Shown here piece after piece: positions 49,933-62,304 of a stretch of DNA of 64,000 nucleotides. Positions within the stretch are counted from its first letter, which is position 1; the number at the start of each line of letters is the position of its first letter. The notes beneath the pieces are model-generated. The model saw only the letters and a list, made by a program, of their open reading frames with translations, was not told where the DNA came from and did not search any database. The position numbers and the translations under genes were made by a program. This DNA is from Octopus bimaculoides (Eukaryota), in contig NC_069006.1 in the NCBI RefSeq assembly GCF_001194135.2, positions 16,633,134 through 16,697,133 of the forward strand, written 5' to 3'.

Positions 49933-52173
49933 TTAAATCTGATTTGTTACATTCATCTTTGTATGAAATGCCAAGAAGCTTGCTTCTTAACCAAGTGTCT
50001 TTTACTATAGACTCAGGCCAACCAAAGCCTTGTGAGCAGATGTGGTAGCTGGAAACTGAAAGAAGCCCATCATATATACAGGCACATATTGTGTGAGAGA
50101 GAGTGTGTGTGTTTGTGTACCGTTGTATCAATAATGTGTGATGACTGTAAATGGACACCACTGTGGTACTAGTTATGTTGTTCATGCAAAGTCTTCCATG
50201 AAAAATATGTCTGGCCAAGAGAAACATTACTTTGAGTGGAAACAGGTAAGAGTTGACAACAAGCAAGGTTTCTGGTTGTAGAAAATTTGCTTCAATGAAT
50301 TCAATCTGACTCATGTAAGCATAGAAAAGTGGATTTAAAAACCATGATGATGACACACACCACATTCTTTTGCAATTTTCTGTTGCTCAAACACTACTTT
50401 GAAAGGTTTAGTTCATCAAATTAGTCCCAGTACTTCATGTTTTGAAAGCACAAGATACAGAGACAAGTACAACGACGTGCATACATGCCCATATATGTAA
50501 TGGGCTTCTGCACAGTTTTTGTCTACAAATTAACTCACAGCCCAAGACTATGATAGAAGATACTTGCCCAAGATGCCACACAGTGGAATTGAACCTAATA
50601 TCTCAGTTTCCTAGAGGCTTTCTTAATGCATACAGACATCAATATTGGAATATATCACTACATATGTGTATGTGTGTAATGACAAATGTAGAAATGTGAT
50701 CATGTCGTTACAGATTAATATATGTGCATATTTATTACACACAAACACACAGTATATATATTATGAACAAAAGCAGTGTCCTCCCCTTGAACTGGTAATC
50801 ACTATGCAAAACAAATTAAGTTCATTTCCACTATATAAATTTAATCACAAGCATACAACACAGACACATATATACACATGTGTGTGTGCCTATGTCCTGC
50901 CATGACTCCATGTCTAAAATCCGGGGCATTTTTGAAAAGGAAGAATAAGAACCAACAAAGAAAAATGCCCGTCTAACATTACCAAAGGCAGGTGTGCAAA
51001 TGTACATAAATATATACATGTATGCAGGTGTAAGACTGTATGTACACACACCTTTAGCGATTCTGGATCTCGGATAAACAGAAACACTTGACACATGTAG
51101 TAATACAAATCACTGTATACAAACATGCATATACACCTGCTACCATACGCATACTTGCATGCACAATAATTTTCTCTCTCTCTCTCTCTCTCTCCAGATT
51201 TTACTTCATCTTGTTACATACACATTTAACGAAAACTCATCAAGTTCCCTACAGGATTTTAGCTAACACGTAATACTGCCGATTTCCTGGAACTCATTTT
51301 TCTTCTTTAAACACACACACACACACGAAATCACACACATATACATACACACTTTCCTACATACTATGTTCCAATGGAATGACTGGAGCTAAGGAAGGTA
51401 TTTTTTTTTTACCTAGTTTCAATGAGTTTAGATGGGGTGGGGTGTTCGAATTTATTATTTTGGGAATTTTTTTTTTTTTTTTTTTTTNNNNNNNNNNTTT
51501 TTTTTTTTTTTTTCTTTTGTATGAACTCAATCAGGAATACGGGATATTACATTCATGACCTCTACTAGTCTTTCTTTCCAGATTAGCAGGATTGTTGCGA
51601 CTGATGTTTAGTTTAAAAATGCGGGTGGGGTGGGGAGTGGATTAGGAATTTCAAAGGGCTGGCGTCTACGAAAGAGATGGGTAGAATCATTAAAGTGGAA
51701 TGGTATTAGTGATGGGTTATGTCATTGAAGAGGAATGTAAGTGGTAGTGGTGGTCGTGGTGGTGATGAGGAAGTGAATCAACAGACTAAAGAAAGATTGA
51801 ACACGGAAAGATGAAATTGTAAACAGATATGCAGAGTGAACAGGTTTGCAAATAATATAGCGAACAAATCTACAAAATAATGCAGTGAGTGTATTTTACA
51901 AACGGATAAATTAATTATTATAAACGAAGAAATATAACAGCATAAAATTGCCTCACACCTCCAAAAAAATTAAACAATATAATAACAACAGAAATATAAC
52001 AAACGCAATGTATTGTTTTGGCGATAAAAATAATCAAACATGAAAAAAAAAAGCATTCAAAAGAGAAAGAAGAATGAAGATAAGATTGTAAGGAAGTAGA
52101 GGAAAATGATAATTAATGAGATAATTAGTGAGATAAAAAGCAGCAGGTGTGGTGCGTCCACTGAAAGACTAAC

Positions 52174-52383
52174 CCATTGTATTGGAATCGGGTGTTTGTA
52201 ACAGTGCACATGTTCTAGAGTGCTGTAAAGTGGTAGTAGGTAAGAGGTCTGCGAGAGGGCAGCAGCCTGATAGAACTGCTCCTCGTCACCACTGTAACAC
52301 TGTGATCTCGTCTCAAGGGCACGCCGGCCACGCTGGGACCTCTTCACCGCAGACGGTGTCGTCTCCTCCACCGAAACATCCAT
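52174..52383 (-). CDS. MYO18A: Candidate alternative first coding exon (MDVSVEETTPSAVKRSQRGRR...YSGDEEQFYQ...HCYKHPIPIQW)
   Basis: caagATGG strong Kozak context, 210 nt open and GC/CpG-rich, TGG|GTTAGT phase-0 donor. It is preceded by a pyrimidine/CTG-rich putative 5' UTR. No homology evidence. Confidence 0.6.
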
Positions 52384-52941
52384 CTTGAGTGAATCATCCA
52401 AGTGCAAGGAGCCAGAGACGACGGCGATAATGGGAGCAAGATGTAGCGGCAACGAAACTGCAGCAGCAGCAGCAGCAGCAGTTGCTGAAGTAGTGAGAGT
52501 GGGAGTAGACAACAGAGAGTAATAGATAATGGTAGTAGGTAGAGGGGGGAGGGTTGGAAAATAATAATAAAGAGGCGAGGGGAAGAACGAAGTCGAAAGA
52601 GGCGGTAGTAAAGATAGAGGGGCGGGAGGTATAGAAAGTGAAAGAGATAATAGAGATGTAGGAGAAAGTGAAAGAGAGAGTAAGGAGACGAGATAGGGAG
52701 GAAGCGAGAGAAGACGTAGAGGAGGTGACAAAGCGAAAAAAAATGAAAGAGAGAGTGGACAAGAGGGGGAGGAGGAGGAGGAGGAGGAAGAGAAAAAACA
52801 AAACAAGGAGCAGGTGGAGGTGGTGTGGAAGTGGAGTATGGACAACGCCAGGGATAACAGGAAACTGTGATCGAGCTATCAACTAGAAACAGCAGTCAAA
52901 TCTCCTCCAAACGGATAGGAACTACTGAATAATGCAATTCG

Positions 52942-52972
<31 letters not shown>

Positions 52973-52973
<1 letters not shown>

Positions 52974-53420
52974 GTAATCTTCCAGTTTCGGGAGGTAAAA
53001 AAAGTAAATAAAAATACAAGGGAAATAACTTAACGTCTTACTAGTATTATCCGTACTACTCTGAAATGTGATTTTTTTTTTTTTTTAGCTGTTTATAAAT
53101 AAATCACACACGTGATTGAAGTTACCTGTTTATACATAAATCACACACGTGATTGAATATCATAGTACTGGCAGCACAACTTATGATAACCTTCCAGTAT
53201 AGGGAAATAATGGTCAAACTAAAGCGTTTGACCCGAGCTCAAAAAAAAAAAAACTAGTGTAATAGGTGTAAAACAACTTGCTGTGAACGAATATGAAGAA
53301 AACAATGCGCGCTCGCGAACGGGTGGGGTGAGGAGAGTACGAATAATACTAGTAAGACGTTAAGTTATTTCCCTTGTATTTTTACTTACTTTTTTTACCT
53401 CCCGAAACTGGAAGATTACC
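52973..53420. mobile_element. MITE-like element with about 85-bp TIRs between (TA)n runs
   Basis: 52973-53057 and 53337-53420 are reverse complements with about 3 differences. TA flanks suggest the Tc1/mariner type. Confidence 0.75.
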
Positions 53421-53525
53421 ATATATATATGTACACACACCAAGCGGGGATGGTTACACTTCGAACACCTTTGATCACTGGTATGCTGAACTAGGGCTAA
53501 GAAGCGGGTTAAACAACAGAGAAAC

Positions 53526-54121
53526 TATTGTGAAAATTACCCAGCAACAACACGATATTCGGCTAGTATGTACGTACGTACACACACACACACACACATG
53601 CAACGATATAAGAAGGTATGTTCTGTTCCACACGTATGTTCTGTTCCATTTAAAACACACAAAGAGATACATGTACACACACCAGCCCTCACATATGCGT
53701 ACTAACGGTAAAACACGTACGCAACGACAAATACAAAATTACTACAGGTAAATACAGACGTTACACAACACGTGTGCATGAATGTTGTGTCTGCGTAAAA
53801 TACATAAAAACTTTCATACACACAAACACAACACTTATAGATTGAGTGAAGTTATAATTTCACATGCAGACACACTGCACTTATAGATTGAGTAAAGTTT
53901 ATAATTTCCACGAAGTGGAGTGGAGCTTCAAGTGTTCTGTTCATGTGAAGTGAGCTTATGGAAACATTAAGGTATGGGGGGGCGGAGCTTACAGAGTGAT
54001 GTATTCTATCCGTGTGGAACAGAACATACCTTCTTATATCGTTGCATGTGTGTGTGTGTGTGTGTGTACGTACGTACATACTAGCCGAATATCGTGTTGT
54101 TGCTGGGTAATTTTCACAATA
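53526..54121. repeat. About 110-bp near-perfect inverted repeat around a 376-bp spacer
   Basis: 53526-53634 versus 54011-54121; the arms differ only by one CA unit. Confidence 0.92.
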
Positions 54122-54694
54122 CTGCTGCTATGTGGGCGTGCTATTCCAAAAGTCCTTGGCGGACCTTCGGAATAGCACACCTACATAAGTTGGATTTTCT
54201 CCGCTTTGACGGGGATTTTTCAGATTTTTTTTTCTTTTACATTACACCCTTGCAAATGATGGGGAAAGCTTTCTATGAACAAAAAATTTTGAAAATTTAA
54301 AGAAATTTGGAAACCAGTGAACATCATTACAATCTCAACTTGCTTCATTTTCAAAATAAAATAAAACGTAATTAAAAACAATATTGAGATTTAAAAAAAA
54401 AATTTTTCATAAAAAAAATCTTAAAATGTCGGCTTGTTTTTTTTTTTTTAACGAAATACGGACAGTCCGAATCTACAATTTCTTTCCGTTTATAATTTCA
54501 GAATAATTTTCAGACGAAAAGGTGATTTAAGGCCGATTTAGCTGTTGTTTCTAGCGCATCTCACGACCACCAGGTACCTTCTTCGTTTCTTTGTCATTCT
54601 GACAAGTATTGATGTTTTTCAATATTTTTCTCCCCGTGATGATGCAGTAGTCCATTGCTGGGATTTAAGCAACAACATAAAAAAAATTTGCTAT

Positions 54695-54995
54695 TTAACC
54701 CCCACCCCGCATCGTGTTCATGCATGTGTGTATGTAAGAAAAAGCATATTTACTAACAGAAAAGTACGCTATTAAAATAAATTATCTGTTATATACTGTT
54801 TTTAAATCACACACACTCAGCATGAGTGATAAACTTTTATAAAGTGAAAGCAACAACAAAATTTATTCAAATCTTTCACCTCACCCCGCATCAAGCAAGT
54901 TCATGTGTGTGTGTGTGTAAGAAGAAAACATTTTACAAACAGAAAAGTATGCTATTAAAATAAATTATTGTTTACATACCTTTTTTTTAAATTCC
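54695..54995. repeat. About 110-bp diverged direct repeat
   Basis: caccccgcatc..cagaaaagta.gctattaaaataaattat occurs near 54700 and 54880. Confidence 0.8.
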
Positions 54996-55159
54996 CTCCA
55001 TCGCCATAATGAAATACTTACACACGTGCATATAGATTTACTGACAAACCACACACAGAAGCACAGCGTGTGCGATATACTTTATAAAAGCTGAGTTATT
55101 TCTCAGAGGAAATTATATTTTTTCTTATTTTTTACGAACAAGTTCTTCCGTAATAATAA

Positions 55160-55575
55160 ACCTCTCTATTTGGTTTTGTTGACATGAAGAGAACCTTTGA
55201 CAGGGTCTCCTGCTTCCTTATCTGGTGGGCTAGGTATAGATGAGTGATTAGTGAGAGCTGTACAAGCAATGTACAGGGATGCTGTTAGTAAGGTGAGAGT
55301 TGCCAATGAATATAGCATGAAGCTTAGTGTACAAGTAGGAGTCCACCAAGGTTCAGTTCTTAGCCTCCTCTTATTTATCATGATCCTCCAAGTTAAAACT
55401 GAGGAATTTAAGACTGGCTGCCCTTGGGAGCTCCTCTTTGCTGATGACATTGCTCTAATCACTGAATCACTACCAGAACAAGAGAAGAAATTTGGGGTAT
55501 GGAAACATGGACTGGAATCAAAGAGCCTCAGAGATAATTTAGCAAAGACTGAAGTCATAATAAGTAGGGAAACAG
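55160..55575 (+). mobile_element. RTE-like LINE reverse transcriptase core fragment
   Basis: FVDMKRTFDRV, VGVHQGSVLSLLLF, ELLFADDIAL and NLAKTEV motifs. Confidence 0.9.
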
Positions 55576-55781
55576 ATAAATATATATTATTTTGTATACT
55601 TATAAACCAAGATTTATATTTAGACCTATTATTTTAAGAATATTATTATTCACAAAAAATACAAGTCAATGAACCAGTAATTCATTGGATATTACTATCT
55701 CTTAATGAGACTATTTTAACCTCTAATTGAATACACACACACACACACACATGTATGTAAATTATATAGATATATTAAATG

Positions 55782-55812
<31 letters not shown>

Positions 55813-57702
55813 TTTATATATGTATATAAATTATAATGAAAAGGATTCTCACAATCTAAAGTAACTTCTTTCCTCTCACATCTAAAATGTAATATCTCTT
55901 CCCTGAAGACGGAGCCTCCTCTCACCCCATGATGGAATCAATCTACAAACACTATGGACCACCAAGCCCCCAGAAACTGTTGTTGGATTTGTAATACTTT
56001 TCCTCAACCCCTTCAATTCCCAATATCATTGGTATTCTGTGTAAGTCAGGGCCCTTTTATACACATATATGCATTTTTGGTATTTCATGTATTTAATATA
56101 ATTTATTGGTCTGTGTAACGCGTTTATCCCTACATTTACTTCTGTTCCCACTCAAGTTTAAACCTCTTGAGCACTACTAGGTGTATTCTATAGGGAGAAT
56201 ATCTGGATCTAATCTATGAACTAAACACCTTTTGCTCAGCAAAGTGCTACTTATCAATTACACTCATGGACAAGCAATTCTTGGTCACATCTAGACTATC
56301 CCAATCCCACCTAGAGGGATCTCTACAGGGAACTCTTACTACAGAAAACTAATGACTTTTTTGTTGTATATGTTCTTTGTTTTCTACTTGGTTGTCTTTG
56401 TATCTATTCAGTGGCTGATATATTTCCCAAAAGATAATATATTCAAATTGACCTAATGTGTTGTGAGAGACATGTATGTGTCTTTCATTTAAAACTAACT
56501 TCTTTCATACTTGTTGTTGGTAAAATGACAAGCGTCGTCAAATACATTTTGTGGAGAAGTGTTAAAGCATCAGTTCCGAAGATACTTTCGTTTGGTTCTC
56601 GTTTATTTTACTAAATTCAATTACCATCACATAGAAATAGATTGGAGTAATCTCCCTTTGTCAATAAAGACAGGCGCAAGAAAACACGAGTAGAGCAGGA
56701 GGTCAAAAAGTTATCTGTCCCAAAGAGATGACAAGAATTAAATTTATCTATTTCATTTTAACCAATCTATAGAAAGTATTAGATTTATGACTTAATGTCA
56801 TTGCGGAGGAAAGCAACGTCTTGTATTATTACGGCCCCACAGAGTTATACTTCGCTTTTAATGTCCCATTATTTTGCTTTTAATGTCATGAACTTTGCTT
56901 TTAATGTCCCAAATTCTGAATGTATTTCCTGCAAGAAAAACTGAAATTGGCTGTGATTTAACCCTTTGGCTTGGATAAAGTTCACAGTTTGCATTACAGT
57001 GCTCATTACATGTTCCATTTTTAAGGCTTTAGTGTAGTGTTTCTTGGTGTATGATGCAATGATATGTTGTCAATCACCAGCGCAGTTCTCTTCTTGCATC
57101 TTTAAACATATCAGCAGTAGTAGCTATGTATATCAATGACAAAATATACCATTTTAATTTACTAGATTGTCTTTCATAAAAAGCACAACACCACTATTCA
57201 AGACAGCGCATAACTTGCTAAAAATCGCAACCAAGACTCTCAAACTTCACTCCACTGTAGTAAATAAATACAGGATATTGAGAATCCTGATAGATGGCGA
57301 CACTGGACAGATATGGTGTTTTTACACCTTTTACCATAAAAGAAAAGTTTCTCCATGGTAACTGCAGTGAATTTGCTTTTAGCAGTTGAAATATGTTACA
57401 AACATATTCTAACTAACCTAAACTTTGCCTAAACACTGCTTGGTGTTAACATTATGCTAATATTACATATGACATAATATTCTACAATACATTCGTAAAA
57501 ATATGAGATAAGTAGGGCTACAATGCGGTTGCAATATCTTTCATCACATTTCTGCTTGACCAGGACTAACCCTGTAGCTAAACAGCAAAAATCACAGTAA
57601 CCACTATTTATATGTAGTTGTAATGAGTTTCTAAGCAGTCACTATCTGCTAAAAACAGAACCCAAATCTCCACAATATATCATCCTACTGTCTTAAGCAT
57701 AT

Positions 57703-57935
57703 TTATTTCTTTATTACCCACAGGGGTTAAAAATAAGGGGGGGGGGGACAAAGAAGGACAGACAAAGGGATTAAGTCGATTACATCGACCCCTCAGTGCG
57801 TAACTGGTACTTATTTAATCCTCCCCGAAAGGATGAAAAGCAAAGTCGACCCTGGCGGAATTTGAATTCAGAATGTAACGGCAAACGAAATACGGCTGAG
57901 CATTTCGCCCGGCATGCTACAAATCTGCCAGCTCG
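57703..57935 (-). mobile_element. SINE family B, full length
   Basis: Matches 25755-25973. Confidence 0.85.
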
Positions 57936-59804
57936 CTGTTCTCAGTGTCTTAAAAATATTTATTATAATAGACTAGACAAACTGCGAATATATGCCAGAA
58001 AAGCAGAAGAGTTTCGATGATTATCCTTTATTTGTTTTTTTTTCTTTTAAGACTTGGAATTGGTGAATTAGGTAAGACAAACTGAAATATTATGTAACAC
58101 AGCAGAAATATTATGCCTGAATCATAAACTATCTTTGAAAAATTGCAATAAGAAACGGAGAAGAAATAATTCTAAAATTTTATGAATTACACACGATAAA
58201 GGGAAACAATTACGAAAAAATGACCCATTTAATATTTCGCGATTTAACACTGATCTAACGATAATTACGAAAATAGCCGAGTTACGTCCCTTGCACTGTT
58301 GTATCCTATTTTAATGTTATTCCCAGATGGATTTAACCTCACACATCTTAATTTGGAATTTTAGATGAACATCGATTGTATTGGGTTAATTGATGCTGTG
58401 GTGTAGTCTTAGCTTCACATAAACCTCTAAAAAAAGACAGGGTTTCATTTGAATTGCATTCAGACGCTGAAAATCTTTTAAAAATTCTTTTTCAAAATAT
58501 TTTACAATTATTGAGAAAATATTTTAAATTGAATTTTCTCGTTCTCTGACTAAATATATCGATAATTAAATTAATCCGAACCTATGCAGGCGTATGCGTT
58601 ACGAAAATATTGCGAAATCTAGAAATCACTGCATCATAAAACCTTTGTTTCCATATTCCTAGCTCGTTAATTGCAAAACTGCACCAACAGGAAAAGTTGA
58701 GTGTAAATGAAACTGCACACACACACACACACCCGTCACTACTTATTTATATGAGTCAGGGTGATGGCATTGAAAGGGGTGGGAGTGATAGCGTAGGTGG
58801 CAGGTGGTTAGCCCCTTATTACCACTCCATCTGAATGGAGAGATTTCTGTTTTTGTTTGCATGTGTGCTGTCCGTGCGTGCGTGTGCGCATACGCACAAC
58901 TGCACGTATCTTAACAGAGAGATCTATTTATAGACGTTTATAATCAAACAGTAATTGCTCTGAAAATTAGTTGATCCCAAACTCACTACAAATGGTATGT
59001 CCTCTATTGTTATTGAAAGGGCTCTGTCCCAAAGACATTACAATAAATACACCCCACACATACATACTGTGCGTGTGTGTGTGTCTACGTACGTACGTAT
59101 GTATGTATGTATGTATGTATGTACGTACATACATACATACATACATATGTATGTACATACACAGAGGTTAATTACAAAAAAAGGAGAAAATAGTATGACA
59201 GTCTTTTATTAATGGGATCACCTCAAAAATATCAAACTCTATTGTCTCCAACAACCCGTACCGTTAATCAGATTGTCTCTGATGGAGTCATACCCAAAGA
59301 TTGGGTATATATAGAATGTTTTAATGCAAAATATTCACTGACTTCCATGTAACATACAAGTCAATATAACTGATTCTCCATCATAAAACTGCCTATTGGC
59401 AAGATTTTTATACATGCAATCCTTTCTTAGTGCAAGTTAGAGATGTGCATGGAGGTGGTGCATGTAGCATAGTGGGTAGTTTCCAGGGCTGGAGCTCATA
59501 AGGATGTGGGCTCAGTTCCCAGATCAGGCAATATATGTCTATGAATAAGGCACATCATTTTTATATTGTTCCAGTTTATTTGGCTGTAAATGATGACCAG
59601 CCTAGCATTAGCACAGCCTTCTCAACCTCCAGCTGTCACATCCTCAATATTTCAATGGATCAACACTTGATCAGACACTTGATATGTCTGCTCATATACA
59701 TATATATCTGCTCATGACTACATAGATATCTACAGCAATTAGCAAAACCATGGTACAAACTCCAAGGTCATATTCACTTGCATGTATACACACACACACA
59801 CACA

Positions 59805-59850
<46 letters not shown>

Positions 59851-60109
59851 CATATACACATATTTATACATGTATGTGGGTATATATATATATATATATA
59901 TATAGATAGATAGATATATACACACACATATATACATACACACACACATACATACATACACACGTGTATGTGTATGTGTGTACATATATATGCAGCTGTA
60001 TATAAGTATGTACATGTGTGTGTGTGTGTGGATAATAGATATATATATGCACTCCCCAATTTCTACAACTCACGTCATCTGAAAATGACATATTTTTCAC
60101 AAAAATCAT

Positions 60110-60725
60110 TATCACCATCATTTAATGAATGTCCGTTTTCCATGCTAGCATAGGCTGAACAGTTTGTCAGGAGTTGGCCAGCTGAAGAGCTGCCCAGGTT
60201 CCATGTCTCTTTTGGCAGTGTATCTATGGCTGGACACCCTTCCTAATCCCAACTACTTTACAGAGTGCACTGGGTGTTTTTATGCGGCACTAGCACAGGT
60301 GTGTTTACATGGCACCCATACAGGTGCTTTTAACATGACACCAGCACCCACAGCCCACAAGACTTGGAATGCTTAGCTAGAGAGGGATGCAGAGGATATG
60401 CCTATATGCAAGGACAACCACAATTTTACTTTGCTTGACGTTCTTCTCAAGCAGAACTAACCGCCTGGAATCCCGGTCCCCTGTCTTCACCTCTGTGAGT
60501 CCCAACGTCTGTAAATCCTTTCTCACCATTTCTTCCTATGTCTTCCTGGGCCTACTCCTTCCACCTGTACCCTCCACAATGAGAGAGCAACACCTCTTGA
60601 TGAAACTGTCTTCTTTCATACACATTACATGACCAAACCAGCACAGTCTTCTCTCTTGCACACTACATTTGATGCCCTGTATACCCAGTTTTTCTCTCAA
60701 ATCACTTACACTTTTCATATGTGAC
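60110..60725 (-). mobile_element. RTE-like LINE 3' end (ORF2 C-terminus plus 3' UTR)
   Basis: LREKLGIQGIKCSVQERRLCWFGHVM..VEGTGGRSRPRKT, followed by a UTR ending catggaaaacggaca..tgatg. Confidence 0.88.
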
Positions 60726-61324
60726 AATCACTTGTCACATATGCACAGACATTATCCATCCAGTGGAGCATTTTGGTTTCATTTCTTTCAAGCCTGCACA
60801 TACCCTCAGTATTCACAGCCCATGTCTCACTGCATTTAGCAGTGCTGTTCATACACAGGCATCATACAATCTGCCTTTCACTTTGAGGGAGAGACACTTT
60901 GTTACTAACAGACGTAAAATGTTAAATTAGGATATGACAACAATGTTAACATGAAGAAAATAGAACATAATTTAATGAAATCTCAAATATATGTCAGAAA
61001 TGTATAAATGACCTTAACCCAGATATATAATATGTAGTTCTTTTCTTCCTTTATATGGTACAAAATCATAAAAAAGCACAAAACACACTTGTAATCAAGC
61101 AGTGTGTGGTAATTACTATTATTATTATAAAGTCACACCTAACACTTTCTTGCAAGCAGTCATGTCTAACAGGCAGTAATCGTCTGTCCTTTCACTGGAT
61201 TCATGAATAGTCAGTTAGGCATGGTTGGCTACGAGACATACAGGTATGGTTTTGTAATATCTATTAACAGATACGTTACCACTCATCCCGCTCTCTCTCT
61301 CTCTCTCCACACACACACACACAT

Positions 61325-61501
61325 AGGTGCAGGCATGGCTGTGCGGGATTATGTTTGTTTCCTAATCACATGGTTTCAGGTTCAGTGTCGCACCTCAGGT
61401 GACTTCCTTCAATTATAGCCCCAGACTGACCAAAGCTTTGTGTGTGGATTTGGTGTCTGTCTCACAAATCCAGACTTCAAAAGAAGCCCATCATATACAA
61501 G

Positions 61502-61520
<19 letters not shown>
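61325..61520 (+). mobile_element. SINE family A head, degenerate
   Basis: ggcatggctgtg..catggtttcaggttcagt..ccaaagctttgtg. Confidence 0.7.
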
Positions 61521-61542
<22 letters not shown>

Positions 61543-61547
61543 ATTCT

Positions 61548-61880
61548 TTTATTCTTTTTCTTTGTTTCAGTCGTTTGACTGTGGTCATGCTGGAGTACTT
61601 ACTACCTTCAAAAGTTATTTAGTCGAGGAACACAACCCCAGGACTTATTCTTTCTAAGCCTAGTACTTATTCTATCAGTCTCTTTTGTCAAACCGCCAAG
61701 TTACAGGGACGTGAACACACCAACATTGGTTGTCAAGCCATGGTTGGGGGACAAACAGACACAAAGACACACATACATAAATACACACACACACACATAC
61801 ACACATGACGAGCTTCTTTCAGTCTCCATCTACCAAATCCACTTACAAGGCTTTGATCAGGTCGAGGTTACAGTAGAAGA
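61548..61880 (-). mobile_element. SINE family A, 5'-truncated
   Basis: Reverse complement of the family A body and tail. Confidence 0.85.
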
Positions 61881-62304
61881 CATCTATATAGGGTATGTGT
61901 GTCAATGTTTGTGTCTATCCCTCTAAATGGTGTTAGTTTGTTTATATCTCTGAAACTTAGCAGTTTGGCAAAACAGACTAATAGAATAAGTCACAGGCTT
62001 GAAAAATTAATGTGGTCAATTTCTTTGACCAAAACCCTGCAGTCCGATGACAGAAACAAGTAAAAGATAAATGAAGATATACACACACATATATATAATA
62101 ATACTCACACCTACAGGCATATATGTATACACTGAGTGTGCCTATGGCTGAACAGTGAAGATGGAATTTAGTGGTAGTGAAAGTGGACAGTAGCAAGGGA
62201 CAGTAGAGGTTGTCGACAAAGGAATGTGGAGATGGACAGTGGAAGTGGACAGGTGTATGTTGAAGAATTAGAGCAAAAACAGCAGAGATCCTCAATATAA
62301 ATTA

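Larger units (their letters stand above)
4383..52383 (-). other. MYO18A: Myosin XVIII (MYO18A-like) gene, partial; 3' part continues beyond position 1
   Basis: 17 phase-compatible exons (2436 nt, 812 codons) translate to a myosin head with class-18 signatures remembered from human MYO18A (W..SDKIWLIH, GRSGSGKT, DTPGFQNP, RRAASMRR, FVHC). The 5' limit depends on the candidate first exons. Confidence 0.93.

Noticed and set aside
52384-52845. Upstream part of the 262-aa ORF in the track
   Set aside because: It starts at TTG and translates CT-rich and CTG repeats (poly-S/L/A). It is better explained as 5' UTR, since the first ATG is at 52383.
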